Positions 51,401 to 62,626 of a DNA stretch of 64,000 bases are shown here, piece by piece. Under the pieces are notes generated by a model. That model worked only from the letters and a program-made list of their open reading frames with translations, was not told the origin of the DNA and did no database searches. The translations under genes and the position numbers were made by a program. How positions within the stretch are numbered: the first letter of the stretch is position 1; each line of letters opens with the position of its first letter. The stretch is from Antedon mediterranea (Eukaryota > Animalia > Echinodermata). Where the stretch lies: contig NC_092673.1 of the NCBI RefSeq assembly GCF_964355755.1, positions 28,951,648-29,015,647 of the forward strand, written 5' to 3'.

Positions 51401-54400
51401 TTTTGTGTCCCTAGTGCCTGCGAATACAAGAAATGCCAACGTATGGTCAATGAGTTGATTTATAATCTAATTCCACGTCAAGATTGGAGATGTATACAGG
51501 CTGAGTCAAGAGAACACTGTGCATACTTGTAAGCCCCATTCAGTGATTTTATTGATTAATAGATAAATTGATTGATTGATAATTTATTTATTAATAGATA
51601 AATTGATTGATATATAATTTATTGATTAATAGATAAATTGAGTGATTGATAATTTATTGATTAATAGATAAATTGATTGATATACAATTTATTGATTAAT
51701 AGATAAATTGATTGATATACAATTTATTGATTAATAGATAAATTTAGTGATTGATAATTTACCTCATAATTGTTTTGGCTATTATTGAACTTTTTTTTTA
51801 GTTAAGTTATTTCAATTGATTTTTCAAATAAAGTCATTGATTGATAGATATATTGATTAAGACACTTTTGATTGTAGATAATTTACATTGATTGATAATA
51901 ATATTTCATTCTATTTATTTCATTAAAGTATGGAAGCCCGATCGGGCCACAAGTTAACTATATTTTAAAAGCTGTTATCTGGCGGCCGCCACTTAATTAT
52001 CTGGTGGCCGCCACTTAATTATCTGGCGGCCAGATAACAGCTTTTAAAATATAATTAACTTGTGGCCCGAACGGGCTTCCGTATCAAAGCATTAAAAAGA
52101 TACAACAAAACAATGAGTGATAGATACATTTATTTAAAGACATATGCAGTACAGTTGTACAATTATAAATACAATGTTGAATCAATTGATAATAATAATT
52201 ATTTATTTGTCTGTGTGTATTAGGGTTTCTAAAAGATTTGCTGATGTAGCTGTTGCCCGTGTAGATGGCATTTATACCGCTATCAAAAAGTACAAATTGA
52301 AACCAATTGCGTACGAGGCACCTGTCATCAAGGTATAGTCAGCTTATATTAAGTTTTGTTTTTTTTAGAAAATTCTGTTAGAGTATAGGTAGTGCCTAAT
52401 TTTAACCTAACCTTTTATTATTTAAATCACAGATCTCACCTTAAATATATATTGTCCCTCTAAACATAAAAAATAAATGTTTTTAACTTTTTTAATGTCA
52501 CATAATAGTTGTTTCTTGCTACTTTTAAATCTTCACTCTGGGAAACATATTATAAAACCAATTTTTTACCTTTACTATTGTAACTAAATAGTTTACATTT
52601 TTTTAAAGTATTGTATATATGTTATTATTATATTATGTTGTCACTGAACCATTGAAAGTGTTAAATAAAAAAGAAATAAATAAATATTGTACTCTTTTCA
52701 CATAATCATTAAACCATTTTTTCCAATCCTTTGCATCAAATACATGCAAATGTCAAAATCTTGAAAAAACGTCTAAACACAGAAGCATTTCCTGTTTTGT
52801 TTCTAAACAATATAGATGGATACCAGCGCTATTTAAGTTTGATTGATTGAGATGCATAGAGGCTTATCCATAATCTTGTGCTTCTTATATCTTGACAGGG
52901 TTCATCGGAATCTGAGGCATTGAATGTATGGGAAAGTATCACTCTTGCCATAACTAAAAGAGATAATTCAGACATCAGCAGATGGTCTGATCTTCGTGGA
53001 AAGAAGTCTTGCCATGCCGGCATCAAAGAGATATTCAGCTTCAAAGCACCAGTCTGCAGTCTGATCCAAAAGGACATCATTCCACGGAATGGAGATTATG
53101 TTGAAAGTGCTAGTCAGTATTTCTCAGGAAGCTGTGTTCCTGGTAAAACACTTTGTTTGCTATCTTTTTTGCAAATGGATATAAGATTTTTGTTTTAATT
53201 TAATCCGCATAGGATAGGACACACACACACCCATGCTTTCTACAGTATGAGATGTGGTACGATAAAGATGTGGCACTTTTTGACCAAAGAGAAAAGTTTA
53301 TGGGAATATATTCAAAAACTGACCTAAAAACCTAAGCACTTCTTTTAGCCTTTTCAACAATAGTCATGGATTTTTTCAAAATCACTAAAATTAGGAACTT
53401 TTTAAATTATTATTGTGCTCTAATATTTCTTGCAATGACATAATTTAGTCACTCTAAAACCCTGTCTACACTATTAAAATAATCTGATGAAGTGTGATGT
53501 GACATCATCATGTCCATGTATGAGCACATCACATTTTTATATTGTATAGACAGAACTTTAAACTTTTTTTTTATTTCAGTTAACTAATTCTATTTATTGA
53601 TTATCTGTACAGTATCCATGTAAAGCTCTGTCTATACTATATGTCAAACTTTATGTGACAAAATCATATATACAATATGGGCATATCACACTTTTTTATC
53701 AAAATAGTTTGATAGTGTAAACAGAGGTTAATTTGTATTAATAGGTATTCTTGATGAGAAATATAATGTTCAATCTACCTACCCACTGAAACTCTGTGAT
53801 GTTTGCGCTAAAAACAACGGACTTTGCGGCATTTCTGATAGATACGCAGGCATTGAGGGCTCTCTTCAATGTATCGATGAGTCAAAGGGACAGGTCACGT
53901 TCATTGACAACAAATCTTTGGAGAAGATTATTGCTGATGGCGGTAAGACATGTTCAGAAATAGTCAAAAGAAAGGGTTACTAAGAAGATTATTTCTCAAC
54001 AGAAAGTCTTTTAAATGTAAATTAAAGGCTTAAGATCATAATAATAAGATTCTGCACTCACTCTATACAATAAAAACAGTTAATATAGACCTTATGCAGG
54101 TAAATTAAACAATAGTGTAATACAAATAAAACTATAAATAACATGAAATAAAAGTTGTACTGTATCCCACACAGAATCTCCTTTTAAAACTTTCAAATAT
54201 ATGTCATAACACTAACATTGACGTCTACTCAAAAGTGTTACTAATGTTGCTCCTGTATTCGGGTCGCCATCTTTGTGAGAGTCACTTATAACAGCGTTGA
54301 TGATCATGCACAAACATTTCTTAAATTTACATGAGTCTATTGTTTCAATTCAACAATCTAATTTGCATACATTTTAATATACAGGTGCAAGCAAATACAA

Positions 54401-57400
54401 GGTGGTCTGTGAAGGAGAATCTATTGACCTTGAGAATGACGCCAACTCGTGGAAGACCAACAAAGCTTGTCACCTTGCTGTGACCCCTAGACCCACGGTG
54501 ATGGTCAGCCCTCACAAAACCGCGGACTATATTAGTACTGTTATGGACCTTTTGGCCAAGGCATCTAAAGTAAGTTTGTAGTGTGATTAAATTTACTGCA
54601 TGTATAGTAGTAAGGTTTGCTGTATACACAGATTTAGTAAACAGATGACAAAATGCTAAAACACATCTTGTGTTGAAACAGACAAAGTACTGTACAGATG
54701 TTTAGTTTACACTTCTTAATCTTAGTTTGACAAAAAAAAATGTGATGGGTGCCCATATATGGACACGATGATGTCATATCACTACTATATTTGGCACATC
54801 ACACTTTTTTTGTTAGACCGAACTTAAGACAAAATAATATGCAAAATAAAGATGGTTAAAATAACTATATCCAAATAAAAATATGTTATGTATTAGTAAT
54901 ATTTTTGGTGCCAACAGAATTATGGCAAGAAGTCTGTGAGCAGCTTTAAACTGTTTGAGTCTCTCAGCTACAAATGTCAAATCAGTGAAGGCGTCTACGA
55001 AAAAGATGTTATCTTCAGAGACGCTGAAGCGCAGGAGATACGTGAATTTGTGCCCATTGGTGATAAACCTTTTGCCGCAGATTACATCCAAGAGTATTCA
55101 AGCTGCATGAAAATGGTTCCTCAACCTAGGGCTAAGTTCTGTGTTGTTACTCGGGCCGCCTTTGACAAGTGCTTAAAGATTAAAGAAAACTTTGACAAAA
55201 CGGAATTGGTAAGAAAAAAAATTTTTTTTAAGATCACACAGACAAAATAGATAAGATAAAATGCTTGGATTGGACCAAATTCTGAATTTTTGTGGGGAAT
55301 TCTGTTTTTCAGAACACGCATACCCTTAGGGCCAAAGTATTTCTCCAATTAAAACGATTGGCCAGAGTTTTAAAACATATATTGCCCTTTGTTAGGTGTT
55401 TCCAAAAGGAGGGATTCTACTGTAACAATTCTTAATAATAATGTTGGGTTATGGATGATACAGTAAGGAGCGAACACTGCAGAGCACTGGCTATATATTT
55501 TTGGTATTGCTTTTTGTGTGTTTATAGGTTAATACAGTAGCATGGGGATGTGTGTTGAAGCCGTCCAAAATGGAGTGTATGCGAGCTGTACAGGAGGGAT
55601 CTGCAGATCTTCTATCAACCGACGCCACTGAAACATTCATTGCGGGTCGTGAGTTCAAACTTCAACCAATCCTCAGCCAGTATTTTGATACCCTTACTAC
55701 TGTAAGTTCAGTTTGTTGGTTTTATACAGATATGTGTTTACTATGGCAGAACACATATAATTTAGAAACGAAATTTGGCGTTGATAATAATTTGCTGTGC
55801 ATGCTTGGCATCCAATTAGGTGTAAAATAAAATAGAGGTTCAATTTGACTGGCACTGAACCTTCTTAGAGCTATTTGTCTTACTGACCATGCAACAACAT
55901 AAATCTTCAAAAGAGTACCTTTCATTACCATCATGCAATTGCTTTAATATAGTCATCTGGATAAATAATAGTAGTATTAATATTAATTGAAAATTTTATT
56001 TTAGGATATTTACCCAGGCATCACCAAGAATGCATTTAATGATACTACCTACACGTACACCATTGGTATCATGAAGAAAGATCGGTTTTACGATTTATAT
56101 GGTGCTGATACCCGTGAAATCACCAGTCTACGTGATTTGAACACTTGCCATGCTGGCATGAAAAAAGTGAGTTCGGTAAACTAATATAGTCGTTTCATAT
56201 TCTGAAGTATTAAATCAACATTTTTATTTGATGTGTAAAGCTCTGTCTACACTATCAAACTAATTTGACCAAAAAAAAGTGTGATGTGTGCAAATGGTAT
56301 TGATATATGTCATATATGGGCACATCACATTTTTTTGTCACATCAAGTTTGAGAGTGTAGATAGTGCCTAAGGCTTACAAATAGTCTTGTTTTTATATGG
56401 AGTTTTTGTTTTATATTTCAGTTGTCATCCTTCCACCATCCTATTGGCTGGCTCTTGGCCAATGGAACTGTTCCACGTATCGGTTCAATTTTTGAGTCCG
56501 TCAAAAGATACTTTGGCCGTTCTTGCCTTCCAGGTAAACAAAGAAAAAATATATTTGAAACTATTTATTTTTTTATATTTGTTTGTGATCTTTTCTAATT
56601 CATAGAGTTAAGCTCAGTCTACATTATCAAACTATTAACAAAAAGTGTGATGACATTTTTTTGTGACGTAAAGTTTATAGTGTAGACAGAGCTTTATTTG
56701 TCTCGCACAATACTAAACCATAACTTTGTATAGTCGGAACAGGCTTTAAGATCATTTTTTTTTTTTTTTACAAGGATCTGACCCGGCCATATGGAGAATG
56801 GATGCTGATTTGCTAATGGGCCATGAAATTAACTGGGGATTCAGGAGCCTAAACTTCTACAACTTTACTGGTTTTGATTGGTTCATTTGGAACTCACCAG
56901 CCACCTGGAATTATTACAACTGGAACAAATATACTCCAGCGTAAGAATAAGCATCTAAAATTCTCATCAATAGTAGAACATCATGTCTGTAGTCATGAGG
57001 GTTAGAGTATTTAAAAGGCCCCCCTCCCTCCCCACTTTAGCAGTGGAAGTAACGGTATATAAGGCTTGCCTAGCTTGTGATGATTAAATAGCCTTCTTCG
57101 GCAATGGCAATGAAATAGATATTGCTTGCCTACAAAATTTTAGAATAATGGGTGATTATATTTGTACTTGTTTTTGAGGTCACATGTCACTTGAAGAATG
57201 ATTCAGAATTGCTGGGGTTTGGAAACTAGTGAGCGTTTTAGCCTATAAATTGTAAAATAAAGTGTTGAACTTTATCTACTAAAGTTTTATATTCCATCCA
57301 GCAATGTATTTTTCTAAATTTAGAGGAGAGGAAAGGTTTGGTGTGTGGTTGTTGATATGTAGGTTAATATCCCGGTTAATATGCTGTGGACAGAGTTTTA

Positions 57401-60400
57401 AATGTGTTATTGGCTAATAATCATTTTTATAAACATTCTGCAGTTGTAGCTTTGTAAATGTATTTTCTGTTTTCTTATACAACAGCACTCTGAAATCATT
57501 GCTGGAGTTAGTTGATGAAGAAGTGGGAATTTCAAGAGTTGAACACGGTGAACATGAGGACATTGATTGGGATATGCTGGAAGATATCCTCAATTACCCA
57601 GATGGTCTCATGGTAGGTGCCTTTAGCTATTTCTGCTGGCGAAGTGCTCAATTAAAGCAAACTCATTTATGGTGTTCTAGTATTTTAAATACTGTATAAG
57701 TAATAATGCTCCACATCTATTTTCAACTGGAGATTGAATATTATTTGTATATAACCATTATAATGTTCTTGTTGTAGTCACCAGAATTGGACGATCCTCC
57801 TATCAACATGTTCAATTCCAAGAGAAAAGAGTGAGTAGAATCATATTATTCACTTACAGAATTTAGCGGTAATATTGGAATTCAAGATTCTGGATTCAAT
57901 TCCTGTCAGATGTCAAGATTTTTTTCTCATGATAAAAAGACTTTGTTTGTGTACAGGGTTCATGGCTATGGCTATCATTGACAATTTGCTAAATTAAGAA
58001 TAAACTCCTAAACCTAAAATTAATTAACAATTATTTCATTTTTGATTATACACTAATTATGAAATTACTTTATCATTTAATGATCAATTAGATATTATAT
58101 AAATAAATTGCCAACGTTTGTTGTTTGAGAAGAAAGTATTACCGTAAGATCAATTTGTTCTTTTCAGAAGCGACAAACAAATAAGGAGGAAGATATTGTC
58201 ATATGCGCTTCAAACACGCACAGAGAGAATGGAAAAATTAGGAGAGATCATGCAATTACTTCACAACATTCCAACTCTACAAGACATCCGCACGGACGAT
58301 GAGGATTGGCTCAGCCATCCAGCTGTTCAGGTAAAATGGTTTTCTGTCTTTTTTCTCTTTTTTTCTTTCCTCTTGTGTTCTACTCTCCTTTTTCCTTGCC
58401 TGTTTTTACTTACCTTCTTTCTGCTTTTTTTCTTCCCTTTACTGGTGCTCTATTTTCCTTCTTCCTTTGCTTGTGTTTCTGCTTCATTTTCCCCTAAGCT
58501 TGTGCTTATTTCTTTTTAATTTTTGATTAAGCTCGACGTGTGTAAATAACATGTCTATTTTAGCCTGTCACCTCAGGTTCTTTCAGCTTCTGTCGAAATT
58601 CAGCTCTATTCGTATTTTATTTCTAAATCATATTGTCATTTTGTCTATTCAATGTAATCCTAGCATAAAAATATATATATAAAATTAATTTATATTTATT
58701 TACTAGAGTTACCTCCAGATATACTTCCCAAGCATGGTCGGTTTTACCAGCGAAATATTTGAAGATGCAGAAATACGTAAACGTGAATTCAATCGATATA
58801 ATAACCCAATCTGGCTGTCTTCAGGCTATGCTGATTTTGTTAACACCATGCAGGTAACTGAAAAATATTGTAACATCTGTTTTTAATAAAAAAATAAACC
58901 ATATTATGATTATAATAATTGTAGCTACATAATATAATTATAATAAATAAAAGATGCTTGTTAGTTATTATATAATATTAAGTTATATATGGTGCCCTAA
59001 CCAAGAACAATACATACACTACTTAAGTCTTATATTAGGATGATGATATACTGTAAGATAGATTTGAGCAAAAGTAATACATTGTCTAAACGAACACTGT
59101 GAAACATAGTTACAATAATTCAGCATAGTCTAGCTCACAATCGATATATAATCCCATAAATTGATTGTGTAATAAAATGCCTCTGACGGGACAAGAACGT
59201 ATGTAAAAAAAAGTTTATGATACATTGTATCAGTGATCACCTACAATATGCTGTCAACTGGTTGTTTTGAGTAAAAACCCCTGAGATCTTAAAAGGTTGT
59301 GGCATCTGTTCTTTTACAGCATTTCCTCAATTTGGCTAATTAAACTATATACAACAACATTCATTTTATTTCCTTAGTCCTACCAGAAAGATATGTGCAG
59401 TAGCTGCATTGGATATGGAGACAAGAAATGCCAAGAGACAACTGCTGAACCATATTATGATTATGCTGGTGCTCTTGCTTGTCTGGAAGAGAAAGGTGGT
59501 GACATCTCTTTCTTTGAAGCTCAAGAATTCCAGAAGCTCCTGAACGCCGATAGTTCTAAACGACCAGAAGAATACATTCTTGTTTGCCCAACTGGTGCGA
59601 TTAGGTTGTACGAGAAGGATGTCAGCGTTGTTGAGCAATGTAACTTTGGCAGAGTTCCTTATCCTGCTGTTGTGACTGGTCAGGAAAGAACTGGTAGGTT
59701 CTTCTTGAATTCTTTGAACTCATCAGTCAATATAACTACAGGTATACAGTAAACTGTAGTTGCTTTGGTACAATCCTCTTCAAAGGACACTCCTGCTATA
59801 AGAACAAGGTCTAGTTTAACACAATGGTCAACCTCTATTTAAGGATTATTAAGGGAACACTTTAATTGGTCCCTAAGGTGTCCTGTTAGATTATATACTG
59901 TAATGCTATGTCCAGAAACCCACAGTGTTTTGTAGACCTTTGCCGTTTTCTTGCATTGTTGGTCCTGAAGTTGTCCCGTTAATAGGTGATCTACGTATTT
60001 GTATCATTCCCGTTCTTTAAGTGTTCAGGGCCTCATGCATGTCAGCCTCCGCTGTTTTGAGTCACCCTCATTAAACAAAGTTTAATCAAATAAAAAAATA
60101 ACATTTTTTTTTAAATATGCTCAGAAACCCAAAGAAACCTTTTATTAAGAAGAATGGTAAAATTAAAGGAGTATTTTATTTACAGGCACATGGAGATGGG
60201 AAGTAACCAAAGCTATACTGGAGGCTCAAAAGACCTTTGGCGTTGTCCAGCATCGTGAACAACAGCATGAAGCTCAATTTACCATATTTGGCGTGAACAG
60301 CGTGTTTGATGTAGCCACCACTGAAGTGAAACCAATCGATATCTTAGACCAGATCTATGAAGTGTACATCGGTCAGAACCTTCTCCGTTCCATGGAAGCC

Positions 60401-62121
60401 ATCATCAAGCCATCTAACTGTATGTGGAATCACTAATAATTGTTTTCAGTTATAAGAAAATTGTAGTTGGTGGTTAACATGCCTGCCTTCCCAAGATTCA
60501 GGGTTGTAACGCGCAACTCTACTGCAACGAGACTTTGTTTAGAAATACAGTAAATTATAAAATAGTTTATCCATCCTATAGTGAGTTCTTACTCAATTTA
60601 GCGTGAGCTGAGAAAACAGTAAAAACTGAGTTATAGATTCCTCAATGTTCTTTAATTGGAGTGTCAAGGTCTTATAAGTTTGACCACCTATTATCAGATC
60701 CTCCAGTAAAAAATTCTTAGAACAATATTGTGTTTTTCTTGTATTTAGTGGATTGGTGGAAAGAAGATGCACACAAGTGTTACGGTGAGACGTACTCCAG
60801 CGTCATCGTCGAGCGTCAAGGAGGCTGTAACGCTGTCATCAAAGATTTAATATGTATTGGTGCCCCACCAGCTAAAGTCCTCTCTGTAGGACGTTCTGGT
60901 GTTAAGAAAGCAGTAACCACAGAAATGTGCAGGTATATTTAATTTTTAAAATTTTTCCAAATTATTATTAACCTTTTGATCACCAATCGAAACTTTAGTC
61001 AAACTCCTAAATAGATAGATAATTGAAATGAATTTTGGAATAATGCTTGATTAATTAATTTTGAATGGTGCATATTTTTGTAGCTTTTCATTGAAATTGT
61101 TATTTTTCAACTAATTTTTCAAAATATATATAATAATATATACCCACAGCATTGTCATTTTTTCAGTAATTTGCCTTTGGATTTATATAATAATATATAT
61201 CTATATATAGTCTTTATTTTTTATCCCAATTGTATTTTTGTACGTTCAACGTTTTCAACTTATGGACTGCTTGTTTATACCGTAATAAACAAATTATAAA
61301 AAAACCTTGCTTGTCACAAATAACACTAAAACACAAAAAAATTAAAAAAATTGGAACAAAATATCAAAATGTTAAGAAGATAAGAATACAAATAAGCATG
61401 ATCAATAAAATATAAAAATAGTAAAACTACTGACAGTAGTGAAAATGGTTCCTCTGCATATTCTTCAATTTTTATATATAAAGCACTTAAAAACTATTGT
61501 ATAGGCACTATAAAAGACAATTAAATATCATACTTAAAATTCACTCCAGATTGTCTCGCTCTAAGTTCTTAGTATTTATATGATGTTTTTATTGTGTTGA
61601 CAGCCGTCCGACCAAACACATCAAGAAACCAGCAGAGTTCACCTGCGAAGATGGAGAGGGTTATACCAAGTATGTCGATGTGGCTGTCAACTGTGAATGT
61701 GTGCCGTGTGAAGATGTGACATACACGCTGGAATGGACAAAAGACAGTTATTGGAAGTCTGATGCCAAGACGTATCAGAGGAACAGAGGAACAACCAAAG
61801 AGACGGATTACAACCTCTGGGGTACGTGGTTCTTGTTGATTATGTCTGATTGGTCAATAGTGGCACTGTTGCTTGGTGATAATAATAAAATAGCAATAAA
61901 ATCTATGATAGGTTTTTATTGGGCATTTAAAAAAAAATAAAACATTCTCAATAACTGGCCTATGAGTCAATTTTTGCAAAGTAAAAATAAACTGGTTTAC
62001 TCACCTGCTGTTAAGACCAACTCCTGCCCTTTATAATCTTTTTGCTATTTTTTAACAATTAAATATTGATGATCTTTTTTTATTCTTTACAGGAAACAGA
62101 CTGGAGGGAAGATCAATTTAA
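24433..62121 (+). CDS. MYP: Major yolk protein/toposome-like secreted transferrin-family protein with N-terminal TSP1/WAP/kringle expansion; 35 exons, 6033 nt, about 2010 aa if all exons are included
   Basis: Signal exon 24433-24493; fifteen phase 1-1 module exons in 29495-45552; core exons 51318-51528, 52224-52332, 52899-53142, 53745-53942, 54385-54569, 54918-55208, 55528-55701, 56005-56166, 56422-56533, 56775-56940, 57486-57612, 57778-57830, 58168-58330, 58707-58853, 59378-59693, 60186-60419, 60749-60932, 61604-61821, 62093-62121 (TAA). All junction phases are compatible. Transferrin motifs: IRFCV, LRGKKSCHAG, YFSGSCVPG, PYYDYAGALACL, CNFGRVP. Confidence 0.82.
25124..26973. mobile_element. 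Non-autonomous hAT-type element with internal ~200-bp tandem repeats
   Basis: Imperfect TIR CATAGTTGCCA...TGGCAACGCTG; 8-bp duplication GCGGCGGC at 25116-25123 and 26974-26981; subterminal GGCATTAT/GGCATAAT motifs; about 4 internal repeats at 25760-26600. Confidence 0.8.
27174..27205. mobile_element. 32-bp perfect palindrome with 7-bp flanking duplication (TIR-only element)
   Basis: CAGGGAGTTGTAAAAT|ATTTTACAACTCCCTG flanked by GGCCGAC on both sides. Confidence 0.7.
27458..28383. mobile_element. PIF/Harbinger-type element, copy 2 (inverted relative to 1996-2910)
   Basis: Same TIRs; TTA duplication at 27455-27457 and 28384-28386. Confidence 0.9.
28401..29318. mobile_element. Non-autonomous DNA transposon with GGTCCGGCCGGACC subterminal repeats (superfamily unassigned)
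   Basis: TIR GGCCTGTCAC...GTGACAGGCC, AAT on both flanks, repeated CCGGACC/GCCAAAA motifs at both ends. Confidence 0.75.
29495..29641 (+). CDS. MYP: Thrombospondin type-1 repeat exon
   Basis: WSNWSECSATCG..TKTRSRPC..C..E...C...C; 147 nt, phase 1-1. Confidence 0.9.
29702..30217. mobile_element. Kolobok-like non-autonomous element
   Basis: TIR AGATGTATTGTCCCTTT...AAAGGGACAATACATCT flanked by TTAA on both sides; fragments recur in the tandem array. Confidence 0.7.
31377..31568 (+). CDS. MYP: WAP four-disulfide-core exon
   Basis: GKCP..RCPNTECETDTECADMQKCCRLSCKHGARGCV, 8 Cys; 192 nt, phase 1-1. Confidence 0.88.
31812..31909 (+). pseudogene. Decayed WAP-like pseudo-exon (repeated in each array unit)
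   Basis: After a strong T-tract/TAG acceptor it reads SYC*FCLPQPCFTNNDCTSINQEFKCCTTI*; no donor; internally deleted in units 3 and 4. Confidence 0.65.
32289..32435 (+). CDS. MYP: WAP-like 7-Cys module exon, copy 1
   Basis: TLPICSDCSETKCTTDVDCVWLGDYDTCCVNMYQGDQVCGVPMRTLNS; 147 nt, phase 1-1. Confidence 0.75.
34274..34420 (+). CDS. MYP: WAP-like 7-Cys module exon, copy 2
   Basis: Same as copy 1 except the last base; G|GTAAGC donor. Confidence 0.78.
36206..36352 (+). CDS. MYP: WAP-like 7-Cys module exon, copy 3
   Basis: Same as copy 1; A|GTAAGC donor. Confidence 0.75.
38159..38305 (+). CDS. MYP: WAP-like 7-Cys module exon, copy 4
   Basis: Same as copy 2; G|GTAAGC donor. Confidence 0.78.
38942..39091 (+). 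CDS. MYP: WAP-like 6-Cys module exon
   Basis: LNDICRTPDKFTITYLLCKTDANCKQGTFCCFGAGIPYCVKPK; 150 nt, phase 1-1. Confidence 0.82.
39391..39546 (+). CDS. MYP: WAP-like 6-Cys module exon (type B)
   Basis: MCPPNYFPNYFTEIPCSVNNICPNGMICCLDSKDSRICAYPK; 156 nt, phase 1-1. Confidence 0.85.
39673..39710 (-). ncRNA. Minimal type I hammerhead ribozyme (Penelope-like element remnant)
   Basis: Minus strand: CUC-CUGAGGA-C-GGUCAA(AGCA)UUGAUC-GAAA-CGUC-GAG. It has both core boxes, a 6-bp stem II, palindromic ACGU stem III, a GUC cleavage triplet and a CUC/GAG stem I. Confidence 0.7.
39711..40005. repeat. 14-bp GC-rich minisatellite, about 21 copies
   Basis: Unit GCAGTGGCGGCATT; it explains the cluster of overlapping spurious ORFs here. 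Confidence 0.95.
40178..40441 (+). CDS. MYP: Kringle domain exon 1
   Basis: CY..DYRG...TISGKACQYW..PHKH...[20 protein letters not shown]..RYEMC; 264 nt, phase 1-1. Confidence 0.93.
40661..40816 (+). CDS. MYP: WAP-like 6-Cys module exon (type A)
   Basis: LNSMCPESNNHVFFTNIACSSDNECEEDLLCCFRESVGQVCAFSK; 156 nt, phase 1-1. Confidence 0.85.
41124..41279 (+). CDS. MYP: WAP-like 6-Cys module exon (type B)
   Basis: LNSLCPLSSFPGYFTNIACGTDDDCPSDLLCCHGDNVGQACAFSK; 156 nt, phase 1-1. Confidence 0.85.
41477..41617 (+). repeat. 41-bp tandem repeat (about 3.4 copies) spanning the kringle-2 acceptor
   Basis: TTTTCAG|AAT recurs with CAG at 41489, 41530, 41571, 41612. Confidence 0.9.
41615..41875 (+). CDS. 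MYP: Kringle domain exon 2 (absent from the ORF track)
   Basis: CYKIENAVDYRGAANTTISGKACQSW...[27 protein letters not shown]; 261 nt, phase 1-1. Confidence 0.93.
43074..43229 (+). CDS. MYP: WAP-like 6-Cys module exon (type A)
   Basis: Close paralogue of 40661-40816; 156 nt, phase 1-1. Confidence 0.85.
44270..44533 (+). CDS. MYP: Kringle domain exon 3 (alternative in-frame acceptor would start at 44246)
   Basis: [43 protein letters not shown]; 264 nt, phase 1-1. Confidence 0.92.
45394..45552 (+). CDS. MYP: WAP-like 5-Cys module exon
   Basis: GYECNTVHDCINIFGPNAICCNSNGHLVCAEPTYAKSLIS; 159 nt, phase 1-1. Confidence 0.75.
45595..47056 (+). mobile_element. 5'-truncated, frameshifted non-LTR retrotransposon (RTE-like reverse transcriptase)
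   Basis: RT motifs CFIDLTAAFDHVNR, GVRQG, YADD, FRYLG, LTYGC..W, WIGHVIR; (CAGTAC)n tail; ACAAG duplication at 45590-45594 and 47057-47061. Confidence 0.88.
47184..50968. mobile_element. Academ-type DNA transposon derivative organised as a 3.8-kb fold-back
   Basis: Termini TAGTAGGC...GCCTACTA with TAC duplication. Decayed coding motifs EEADERMFVH, VDSDVVV, GCD.TSS, PPTSAAL.EH, P.NWGW and a Cys-rich tail occur on both arms in opposite orientation; ~125-bp subterminal repeats. Confidence 0.82.
51550..51760. repeat. AT-rich ~30-bp degenerate tandem repeat
   Basis: Recurrent ATTGATTAATAGATAAATTGATTGAT. Confidence 0.8.
51929..52083. mobile_element. Small palindromic MITE-like element
   Basis: About 55-bp inverted arms TATGGAAGCCCG..TGTTATCTGG / CCAGATAACA..CGGGCTTCCGTA around TTATCTGGCGGCCGCCACTTAA repeats; no clear TSD. 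Confidence 0.65.
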
Positions 62122-62620
62122 TTCAGTATCGCCAAGCTACTGCAAATTTGAATCATTCTTCAAATATATTTAGCACTTAAATATTGCTTATTAGTGTAAA
62201 TTGTTTCTTTTGCGCTTTATTTTGTTGCTTTTAATGAATTTAATGAAAGCCCATCTGAAATCGTCACAAACTACAAATCACTGTTTGAATTAAAAATGAT
62301 TAAAATTACATAAAAATACACTCCCCTGTTAAAGTAAGTTATTTTTTATATTTATTTTGCTGCATTTAAAAAATTTGTATTCCTATTATTTACTTATTTT
62401 TTTAAATAATGTGTTTACTGTAAAAACGAAACACTATATTATAATTACGGGAGATAAAACCCTAAAGCTTCTGTTTAAATAAATACATGTAATGTTATAG
62501 TTATGTTGCTGCATTTAATGAATGCTTATTTCTGTTTGTTAATTTATTATGCTTAGATTTTGTTTGCAAGCGATAATTTATTTTTTGCTTATTGAAATAT
62601 TTCATAGTATTTCTGAAATG

Positions 62621-62626
62621 AATAAA
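62621..62626 (+). terminator. Candidate MYP polyadenylation signal
   Basis: AATAAA 500 nt after the stop, followed by a U/GU-rich tract; another AATAAA at 62478-62483. Confidence 0.4.

Noticed and set aside
58331-58519. Hydrophobic transmembrane-like extension of ORF 58196-58519
   Set aside because: It is read-through into a pyrimidine-rich intron after a good CAG|GTAAAA donor; the spliced frame continues at 58707.
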